DNA of 64,000 bases, taken from the NCBI GenBank assembly GCA_963665235.2, contig CAXXLX010000002.1, positions 224,001 to 288,000 on the forward strand. The letters run 5' to 3'. The notes under the pieces were generated by a model that had not been told where the DNA came from, did no database searches, and worked only from the letters and a program-made list of their open reading frames with translations. The position numbers were made by a program, and so were the translations under genes. This document shows positions 21,740 to 30,218 of this stretch, in pieces (the first letter of the stretch is position 1; each line of letters starts with the position of its first letter). This DNA comes from Candidatus Poribacteria bacterium (lineage in GTDB: Bacteria > Poribacteria > WGA-4E > WGA-3G).

Positions 21740-22701
21740 CAGGACACAACCACATTTTTCGGTGTGCCTTCCAAAAACGCGATGATATTGTCAACTGCGC
21801 CTTCATTGAGCAGGTCAACGCCTTCGGGGGTCATATCTGCACAATGCGGTGTCAGAATGACGTGTTCACAGGCCAAAAGTGGATGGTCTGATGGCAGCGG
21901 CTCTTGTTCATAGACATCAACAGCTGCGCCGCCAATGTGTCCGCTGTTTAGGGCGCGAACGAGTGCATCTGTATCCAGCACTTGGCCGCGTGCGACGTTA
22001 ATTAAAAGGGCGTTCGGTTTCATCAATGCCAATTCATCCGTGCCGATGAGGTGGTAGCTGTCCGGTGTCAGTTTAACATGCAGACTGACAACATCGGCGG
22101 TGCGGAGCAGTGTTTCAAGAGGAACAAATTGTACTCCTAATTGTGCTGCGCGCTCGTCAGATGGGTGATATGTCCACGCAATAACGTTCATCCCGATTGC
22201 TTTTGCAAGACGTGCCATCTCCGCGCCTATGTGCCCTGTTCCAACAATTCCTAAGGTTTTGCCTTGAAGGTAGACGTTATCCATACGCGTCCATTTCCCT
22301 GCTTTCATGGCGGCTGTTAGAAATGCGGTGCGTTTGGCAAGTGCAAACATCAGTCCAAAACTGTGTTCTGCGACGACAGGGGCGGTCCGTCCGGGTTGGT
22401 TGCAAACGACAATTCCCCGCTTTTTCGCTTCGTCAAGGGCTATCATATCTGTTCCGATTGAACAGAGGGCAATTAACTTGAGTTTGGGTAGACGCTGTAA
22501 GGCCTCGGCGGGCCACTTAACGAGCCCACGCGAATTGATGAGAATATCCGCATCTTCGGCACGTCGCAGTTTTTCTTCGGTTGTCTCCGGGCGGTCTGTA
22601 TAGAGGACGACATCCCCGTAAGGTTTCAGACGTTCTAGATGTGGGGAGCCTTGAATTTGTGGTGGTGCGTCGCCAGGGACAACAATTTTAAGGCGGTTCA
22701 T
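21739..22701 (-). CDS. D-isomer-specific 2-hydroxyacid dehydrogenase (SerA/glycerate dehydrogenase-like)
   Basis: GIVGTGHIG, INVARG, DVYEQEP and LTPH motifs. Confidence 0.9.
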   Translation of the reverse strand: MNRLKIVVPGDAPPQIQGSPHLERLKPYGDVVLYTDRPETTEEKLRRAEDADILINSRGLVKWPAEALQRLPKLKLIALCSIGTDMIALDEAKKRGIVVCNQPGRTAPVVAEHSFGLMFALAKRTAFLTAAMKAGKWTRMDNVYLQGKTLGIVGTGHIGAEMARLAKAIGMNVIAWTYHPSDERAAQLGVQFVPLETLLRTADVVSLHVKLTPDSYHLIGTDELALMKPNALLINVARGQVLDTDALVRALNSGHIGGAAVDVYEQEPLPSDHPLLACEHVILTPHCADMTPEGVDLLNEGAVDNIIAFLEGTPKNVVVS

Positions 22702-22786
22702 ATATTTTTTTCCTTATCGGTAATTTTCTCATAATATAGGATAACGCATATTGGGAACAAATACAACTATTTTTCTATTTTTTCGT

Positions 22787-23200
22787 TAGTCGCGTGCACA
22801 GCACGCTCCTACAGAAGAATTCGGAATAATAGATAATGAGTCTCAATAGTCGCGTGCACAGCACGCTCCTACAGAAGAATTCGGAATAATAGATAATGAG
22901 TCTCAATAGTCGCGTGCACAGCACGCTCCTACAGAAGAATTCGGAACAGATAATGAGTCTCAATAGTCGCGTGCACAGCACGCTCCTACAGAAGAATTCG
23001 GAACAGATAATGAGTCTCAATAGTCGCGTGCACAGCACGCTCCTACAGAAGAATTCGGAATAATAGATAATGAGTCTCAATAGTCGCGTGCACAGCACGC
23101 TCCTACAGAAGAATTCGGAATAATAGATAATGAGTCTCAATAGTCGCGTGCACAGCACGCTCCTACAGAAGAATTCGGAATAATAGATAATGAGTCTCAA
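22787..23200. repeat. Tandem repeat, 7 units (5 x 60 bp, 2 x 57 bp), each a REP hairpin plus GATAATGAGTCTCAA
   Basis: Unit TAGTCGCGTGCACAGCACGCTCCTACAGAAGAATTCGGAATAATAGATAATGAGTCTCAA; no variable spacers. Confidence 0.95.
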
Positions 23201-23355
23201 TATCATATTTTATAATGGATAATGAGTCTCAATATCAATTATGAAAAAGTTGCAACATAAATTGGCATTTATTCGTCTATATATACAAGGGGAAATATTA
23301 TTTTCTATCTATGCTAGATTTTTACAAATTATTTTTGCTACAAAGGAGAAACGAA

Positions 23356-24120
23356 ATGCAGGGGGCACGTCCTTTAGTTAATTCGGAGATACAACAGGTT
23401 GCGGAATGTTTTGAGGGCATATTTAGTGTTCGCAATCGTGGTTTGTTTATGCTAGGCGTTAGTACGGGTGGACGGATATCGGAGTTGCTATCGCTTAAAA
23501 TCGGTGATGTGTATCAAAATAGCAAACCGGTGTCGGACCTATTATTTGACCGTTCCATTGTTAAAGGTGGTGAAGTGTCACGAGTTGTGCCGGTGAATTC
23601 GGATGGTAGGGAAGCGGTTGAGGCCCTTATAATGTGGCACGGTAAACATTATGATAGTATTGATGCTGCTCATCCGCTGTTTCCATCTCGGAATGGCAGA
23701 AAAGGTTTGAAACCGATGAATCGTCAAACTGCGCATGATGTGTTAAAACGGGCTTATGAGAAGGCGGGTTTGAACGGTAAGCTAGCGACGCATTCGCTGC
23801 GTAAATCGTTTGCGCAACGTCTTTATGAGCAGACGAGCGACATCTATATGGTGCAAGAGATGTTAGGGCATCGTAGTGTTTCGACGACGCAACGGTATCT
23901 GGGTGTGAACTACACGACGGCGCGTGAGGCATGTGAGGCGATGTCGGTTTTCGTCGAACATGACATAAGTATGAAAACGTCACGTTCGCTCGACGAGGCT
24001 TCTGATGAAGCTCTCCTCCTCGCACTGGTGACGCGGGGTTACGATGTTACGAAGATTTTGAAACCGGAGGCGGATACACGCGGTGAAGTTATACCGGTGG
24101 ATACAGCGGTATCGGCTTAA
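23356..24120 (+). CDS. Small tyrosine recombinase/integrase (catalytic domain with a short C-terminal tail)
   Basis: GGRISELL, HSLRKSF and LGHRSVSTTQRY give the R-H-R-H-Y set. AAGGAG RBS precedes ATG at 23356 (the ORF track starts at 23311). Confidence 0.9.
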   Translation: MQGARPLVNSEIQQVAECFEGIFSVRNRGLFMLGVSTGGRISELLSLKIGDVYQNSKPVSDLLFDRSIVKGGEVSRVVPVNSDGREAVEALIMWHGKHYDSIDAAHPLFPSRNGRKGLKPMNRQTAHDVLKRAYEKAGLNGKLATHSLRKSFAQRLYEQTSDIYMVQEMLGHRSVSTTQRYLGVNYTTAREACEAMSVFVEHDISMKTSRSLDEASDEALLLALVTRGYDVTKILKPEADTRGEVIPVDTAVSA

Positions 24121-24294
24121 CGTTCGTTATATCATTATCTGTAAACTGCTGGGGACACGTCTCCAGCAGTTTTTTGTTTCCGAGAATGTCGGTTTTCAGT
24201 TTTATACGGTCGCGAGCACAGCTCGCTCCTACAGAAGAGGGGTGTTGAAAAAACGGCGAAAAATATTGAGAACTAAATGACCCCGCATGACCCT

Positions 24295-25065
24295 CTAGTT
24301 AATCATACCCTCTTGCGGACTTGAGGCGGTTGCGTAGAGTTTACGCGGGATACGTCCGGCTAAAAACGCTGCCCGTCCCGCTTCAACGGCTTTTTTCATC
24401 GCTTCTGCCATTAGCACAGGACGATGTGCTTTTGCTACTGCTGTGTTGAGCAGCACTCCATCACATCCTAACTCCATGGCGATTGCTGCATCAGAGGCGG
24501 TGCCGACACCTGCATCTACGATAAGCGGCACCTGGACTAAAGCACGGATAATCTGAATGTTATACGGGTTGCGTATTCCCATCCCTGAACCGATTGGGGC
24601 ACCTAACGGCATGACAGCAGCGCAGCCGATGTCTTCTAATTTCTTACAGGTAATCGGGTCGTCGTTGCAATAGGGCAACACGGTGAATCCATCTTTGATG
24701 AGTGTATCCGCTGCGCTGAGCAGCTGCTCTACATCGGGAAATAGCGTCTGCTCATCTCCGATGACCTCTAGTTTGATAAGCGATGTCTCTAAAGCCTCAC
24801 GTGCAAGGTGTGCTGTGAGAATGGCATCCTTCGCGGTGAAACAGCCTGCGGTATTCGGCAGGATTGTCAATCCACGTTCACGTAGTAGGGCAAAGAGGTT
24901 TTCACCGGATGTGTCGGTGAATTTGACACGCCGCATTGATACGGTGGCGATTTCTGCCCCGCTTGCCGCGATGGACTCCATCATGACATTGAAATTGGGA
25001 TACCCCGCTGTTCCGATAAGTAGTCTTGAGCTATATGTTGCATCTGCAATTTTGAGTTCTGGCAT
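24295..25065 (-). CDS. thiG: Thiazole synthase
   Basis: [32 protein letters not shown] and VDAGVG motifs. Confidence 0.97.
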   Translation of the reverse strand: MPELKIADATYSSRLLIGTAGYPNFNVMMESIAASGAEIATVSMRRVKFTDTSGENLFALLRERGLTILPNTAGCFTAKDAILTAHLAREALETSLIKLEVIGDEQTLFPDVEQLLSAADTLIKDGFTVLPYCNDDPITCKKLEDIGCAAVMPLGAPIGSGMGIRNPYNIQIIRALVQVPLIVDAGVGTASDAAIAMELGCDGVLLNTAVAKAHRPVLMAEAMKKAVEAGRAAFLAGRIPRKLYATASSPQEGMIN

Positions 25066-25194
25066 GTTTTATCTTAGGGTTGATGTTTATTTGTGTCTTT
25101 TTAATGGAACGTTTAGCGTTTTCTACAGTAACGATAATTAGACCACATTTTTTGAGTAATGTCAAATGTTTTTTGATATCCCTGCCCGAACGAA

Positions 25195-25701
25195 TCATAT
25201 CTCCATCATAGCAAGTATAACGAGTTTCATTGGCGGATAAAAAAAAGCATTCACTATGTGTAGAGCCCATAACTGGCTTGGAAAATGGTCGTTAGGCTTA
25301 AACAGAGCGGCTAATTTTACGCAAATTAATGTAATAACAGCTGAACCTATAACTCCTTCTATTGGATGAAAAAAGAGCTTTCCATCATCTTCATCAGAGA
25401 ACATGAATTCCCATCCAAATGCTATTAATAATGTAAAAGGTAAAGAGATGAAAAATCCCTTAACGAAACCTTTCATCAGTTTCTTTTTATAGGCATAACG
25501 CCGTTGTTTGCGTTCTTCTGGTGTTTCCTGTGGTTGTGAAAGTTCTTCTTCCACTACAGTCTCTGTCCGATTTTTGTCCAGACTGTCGAGCATCAAACCT
25601 AAACCGACTCCAATTAATGCCTCATCAAATCCATCTCCACCATTATCGTTGAACCCATCGTCACTATTATCGTTGAATTCATCGTCGCCATTATAGCTCA
25701 T
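25195..25701 (-). CDS. Hypothetical membrane protein with acidic N-terminus
   Basis: 168-aa ORF with AAGGAG RBS and 2-3 hydrophobic segments. Confidence 0.6.
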   Translation of the reverse strand: MSYNGDDEFNDNSDDGFNDNGGDGFDEALIGVGLGLMLDSLDKNRTETVVEEELSQPQETPEERKQRRYAYKKKLMKGFVKGFFISLPFTLLIAFGWEFMFSDEDDGKLFFHPIEGVIGSAVITLICVKLAALFKPNDHFPSQLWALHIVNAFFYPPMKLVILAMMEI

Positions 25702-25889
25702 AAAAAACTCCCTTTTTAATTGGCTATTGGCAAGAGGAAGTGTTGGAAAAATTTACACACCCCTAGCATCAGAGGCTAAAATAGCGGGAACTTTTAAACA
25801 CCTCACTATTTGCCAAATAGATCAGGAAATACCACATTTCCAGATAAACCGGGATTAGCGATTCCGGCTGTTGTCCATTTTGTCCGAAG

Positions 25890-26390
25890 CTAGCGAGTTT
25901 TCGCCTTATAGGCATCGGCGTAGATTTCAACATACTCAGGTGATTTTCCGAGGAGCCGCTCAGGCGGCGGATGGGACTGAGAACGATAAATCCCACTGAG
26001 TGGCACTAAGACACCTGCTGCAAAACCAATGCAACCTCCCACGACTGCTCCTTGACTGATGTCGTCAAATGGCATCAATCCTGATGGGGCTGAGGGATCT
26101 CTAGGCGCGATAAAGTTCCCGATAACGCATCCAGCAAGACCACCAATTGCTCCTCCAATACATAAAGTACCCACATCAGCACCAAGCCGCAAACGTTCAT
26201 TGATATAGCGATTCACGTCTTGTCCAGCAGCAAATTTAGCCTCAAATCTCATAGCACTTGTATCTTGTGCCGCAACAGTTTTGGCTGCAACCCGCCCGGA
26301 ATTCTGCTGAGCGTAGGTGGCAAATAGCAGGCTGAAAGTTAACACTGCTATACAAAAAACCAAAACAGGAAATGTCATATCTCTTTTCAT
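25890..26390 (-). CDS. Hypothetical membrane protein with glycine-zipper-like segments, possibly prematurely stopped
   Basis: AAGGAG RBS before MKRDMTF, signal-like N-terminus. The frame stays open for 27 codons past the TAG. Confidence 0.55.
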   Translation of the reverse strand: MKRDMTFPVLVFCIAVLTFSLLFATYAQQNSGRVAAKTVAAQDTSAMRFEAKFAAGQDVNRYINERLRLGADVGTLCIGGAIGGLAGCVIGNFIAPRDPSAPSGLMPFDDISQGAVVGGCIGFAAGVLVPLSGIYRSQSHPPPERLLGKSPEYVEIYADAYKAKTR

Positions 26391-26889
26391 CGAATTTCTC
26401 CTTCTTATGTTTGGCAATTCCGTTCAAACGGGAAAGCACATGGATATGTAATCAAATCCATACTTCGCTTTTCGCCTCGAGAAAAAGATCTTCAGAATGC
26501 CCTACAACGCATTTTAAAAGATGTCCCTGTGTATGAGGTCAAGGATAAATTTCTAATGGGTTATTGACAATTAGCAATTAGCATTTGGCAAGAGGGGTGT
26601 TGGAACAATATAACCGTTCCTATCCTTCCAAGCGAAAGTATCGCGAACTTGGACAGCACTGCTCTATTTTTCATTTTTTAAAGTATACTCGATTTCACAA
26701 AAAAAATCAACCTATCGTGAACTTTTGAGTGTGTTGTCTGAATGCACGTCGCATTTGGGCGAGTACGCCGCAAATCGCTGATTTTCGCGGAGGACGCGGA
26801 TTACGCGGATTTTAAGAGGTTTGGGCATCACGGTTTTGTGATTAAGGGTGTTGCGTCTTTTTTGTCTGAAGACATCAAGGACTTTGAAA

Positions 26890-28044
26890 TCATTTTGGCG
26901 GAGGAAGCTTTCCTATTTTGACTAAGCCTGTAAAAAAGAATTCAAAGTTTTTGAAAAGCTTCTTAATTGCTGCAATAGCTGTATTGCTGCTCCGCGCGTC
27001 GGGACGCATCCCACAGTGGGCAAGGTCATTTCGAGTCCCATTACAAGCACTCCAAAGTTTGTCCAAAGGGAGTTTGGATTTTGCAGCAAATCGCGTGTTT
27101 AGCGCATGCTCAGCCTCCGCTCGCTGCGGAAGATCCAATAAATTGGGGGATGTTCGATGTATTTGAAGAAGCTCCCAAGACACTAACCATTCGCGAATCA
27201 AGGTTATAGCATGGAGATAGTGTAGGTTATCAATATACCACTTGATTTGCACATACTGCCCTGTGAGGCTTTCTCGTGGACTTAATGCCGGATCCCCCAC
27301 ACTGATTCCTGCATAGGTGTCCTTTACTTGATCTACCAAAATGTGAAATGGGGCCTCGAGTCTGTCCAAAGTTTCTGGACGTTCTAGCCTTCTAATAAGT
27401 CTTGGCACTGCTTCTTGTGCTTCAAGGGTTCGATTTGTAAGAAGTGCATCCGACAAAGTCGTGAGCTCCCGACGAATAGTGCTTACACCCCCCAACCCGG
27501 CGAGTTGCCGCGCATCTCCCGAGTGCTGGAAGACATTAACAGCATTCGTCCAATTCAACAGATCTACAAAAGGCGTTAAGTCGAAAATCGGGGTCTCATT
27601 TTTAGAGGTATCCCGTGCTTCATACGCACCATAAATAATATGCTTAAGTTCGACATCTTTAACTTGGCGCAAGTAAGCCGAAACGATGAAAACGAGTAAG
27701 GGGATAGAACGGAACGCATGCGTAATATCAAGGATAATTTCGTCCTTGAGTTCGACAGTCTTTGCACATACATCAAAAATTTCCCACAGTTCCTCTGGTG
27801 AGTTACCATTTTGAATCTCCTGTGTACAAAAGTTGCTGATGTCTTCTTCGAGACCCTCTATAACTTTGGCCTTAGCTGATTTCACTTTTGGGGTAACAAA
27901 CGCTATGATTTTATCTGGTTCATAAAGTTCCGCTACGGCTTTAGGAAATAGATCTGTCTTACAAGTCTTACAAGGATCATCATGCTTGACATAGGTCGTT
28001 TCATCATAGTTTCCAAGACCTATAAAAGTAAGTGCCTTTAACAT
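26890..28044 (-). CDS. csx1: Csx1/TM1812-family CARF-HEPN ribonuclease
   Basis: TFIGLGNY, DITHAFRS (DxTHG-like), YGAYEA..FDLT, HEPN motif RNDLAH. Confidence 0.88.
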   Translation of the reverse strand: MLKALTFIGLGNYDETTYVKHDDPCKTCKTDLFPKAVAELYEPDKIIAFVTPKVKSAKAKVIEGLEEDISNFCTQEIQNGNSPEELWEIFDVCAKTVELKDEIILDITHAFRSIPLLVFIVSAYLRQVKDVELKHIIYGAYEARDTSKNETPIFDLTPFVDLLNWTNAVNVFQHSGDARQLAGLGGVSTIRRELTTLSDALLTNRTLEAQEAVPRLIRRLERPETLDRLEAPFHILVDQVKDTYAGISVGDPALSPRESLTGQYVQIKWYIDNLHYLHAITLIREWLVSWELLQIHRTSPNLLDLPQRAEAEHALNTRFAAKSKLPLDKLWSACNGTRNDLAHCGMRPDARSSNTAIAAIKKLFKNFEFFFTGLVKIGKLPPPK

Positions 28045-28233
28045 TCTGTGTCTCCTTCAGTTAAGGGTTGTGATTCACATCGATAAAACTCAAAATCGTC
28101 TATTGGTATTGGCAATTAGCATTTAGCATTTTTGGCAATTGGCAAGAAGTCTCTGACGCGGGTCAAAAACCTGCTTAGAAGCACAACCTCTTGCTATTCG
28201 CCTCTTTGCTATTTGCCATTCGCCAATTAGCAA

Positions 28234-28596
28234 TTAGTCATTAGCCCCTTTGAGCCTTTTCAGTAAAGCATTTAGCATCTTCTTTAGACTGATGATTGTA
28301 GCGTCCAAATCGGCATATTGTGCCGCATCTAGGTATTCGAGGTCGTGTGCAAGCAGGATAAGATAGTCCGTTTCACTTGTAGAACCCATTGCTATCTGAA
28401 GAAAACGCTTGAATTCAGCTTCGCTGCCTCTTCCACAACCTTCGGCGATGTTTGTTGGTATCGATGCGCTTGCACGGCGAAGTTGATGCGTCAAGCCATA
28501 TATTTCTGTTCGAGGAAATTGAGTTGTTAGCGCGTAGATTCTTAAAGTTAGCTCATGTGCTTTTTCCCAAACTTGTAGTTGCCTAAAATCCCGCAT
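28234..28596 (-). CDS. Four-helix-bundle protein (23S rRNA IVS protein / Avd-like family)
   Basis: LQVWEKAHEL..FP..E.YGL..QLRRASASIPTNIAEG.GR family signature. Confidence 0.92.
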   Translation of the reverse strand: MRDFRQLQVWEKAHELTLRIYALTTQFPRTEIYGLTHQLRRASASIPTNIAEGCGRGSEAEFKRFLQIAMGSTSETDYLILLAHDLEYLDAAQYADLDATIISLKKMLNALLKRLKGAND

Positions 28597-28654
28597 ATTT
28601 CTTACCTATTTGATTATTGCAAATCTATTGGTAATTGACTATTTGAATCAGTTG

Positions 28655-30218
28655 TTTTCTTGCTAATTGCCATTCGCCATTTGCCATTCGCCATTTCGCA
28701 TTCCCTTCAAACGGGAAAGCACATGTGTCATTGGCTATTAGCTGTTAGCAATTAGCAGTTGGCAAGAGGTTTTGTTGTAACAATCTACCCGTTCCTATCA
28801 TTCCAAGCCAAAGTATCGCGAACTTGGACAGCACACGACTGTTTGCCAGGAGCTTCCTCTTGCTATTCGCCATTTGCCATTTGCCATTTCCCATTCCGTT
28901 CAAACGGGAAAGGACATGTGGTATTGGCAGTTGGCAGTTAGCAATTGGCTATTGGCAAGAGGGGGTGTTGTCACAATCTAACCGTTGTTAGCATTCCAAC
29001 TATAATCGAACCGATACGGAATGTTCGGGACGCAATGTCACAATCTAACCGTTGTTAGCATTCCAAGCCAAAGTAACGCGAACTTTTACAACACACGCCT
29101 GTTTGCTAGGCGCGTTCTCTTGCTATTTGCTAATCGCCATTTGCCATTCGCCATTTCGCATTCCGTTCAAACGGGAAAGGACATGTGGTATTGGCAGTTG
29201 GCAGTTTAGCAATTGGCAAGTTGGCAAGAGGACTCTGACACCTGTCAAAAACTTGCTTAGAAACACAACATCTTGCTATTCACATCTTGGCTATTTCCTA
29301 AAGTGGCTGTTGGAAACTGTTCGCTATTCGCAACCGTGGGCAAGAGGTCTCTGACGCACGTCAAAAACCTGCTTAGAAACACAACATCTTGCTAATCGCC
29401 ATTTGCCATTCGCCATTCGCCATTTCGCATTCCCTTCAAACGGGAAAGCACATGTGTCATTGGCTATTGGCTGTTGGCTATTGGCTGTTGGCAAGAAGGC
29501 TCTGGCGCAGGTCAAAAAATCGCTTAGCATCACAACATCTTGTTGTTGTTCGCCTCTTTGCTCTTTGCTAAAGTGACTGTTGGGAACCGTGGGCAAGAGG
29601 GCTCTGGCGCAGGTCAAAAACCTGCTTAGCATCACAACATCTTGCTAATCGCCATTTGCTAATCGCCATTCGCCATTTCGCATTCCCTTCAAACGGGAAA
29701 GCACATGTGTCATTGGCTATTGGCTGTTGGCTATTGGCTGTTGGCAAGAAGGCTCTGGCGCAGGTCAAAAAATCGCTTAGCATCACAACATCTTGTTGTT
29801 GTTCGCCTCTTTGCTCTTTGCTAAAGTGACTGTTGGGAACCGTGGGCAAGAGGGCTCTGGCGCAGGTCAAAAACCTGCTTAGCATCACAACATCTTGCTA
29901 ATCGCCATTTGCTAATCGCCATTCGCCATTTCGCATTCCCTTCAAACGGGAAAGCACATGTGTCATTGGCTATTGGCTGTTGGCTATTGGCTGTTGGCAA
30001 GAAGGCTCTGGCGCAGGTCAAAAAATCGCTTAGCATCACAACATCTTGTTGTTGTTCGCCTCTTTGCTCTTTGCTAAAGTGACTGTTGGGAACCGTGGGC
30101 AAGAGGGCTCTGGCGCAGGTCAAAAACCTGCTTAGCATCACAACATCTTGCTAATCGCCATTTGCTAATCGCCATTCGCCATTTCGCATTCCCTTCAAAC
30201 GGGAAAGCACATGTGCAC
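28655..30218 (-). repeat. Degenerate array tail: 7 truncated CRISPR repeat cores separated by heptamer-repeat elements
   Basis: Cores ATTCC(C/G)TTCAAACGGGAAAG(C/G)ACATGTG at ~28700, 28893, 29160, 29429, 29682, 29935 and 30188. The last three intervals are 253 bp each. Confidence 0.9.

Noticed and set aside
1692-22603. Short antisense or overlapping ORFs inside long genes
   Set aside because: They are shadow ORFs of well-supported CDSs and have no motifs of their own.
22787-23200. Second CRISPR array, or the 143-aa ORF 22775..23206
   Set aside because: Units are identical apart from a 3-bp indel and have no unique spacers. The ORF is a translation of the tandem.
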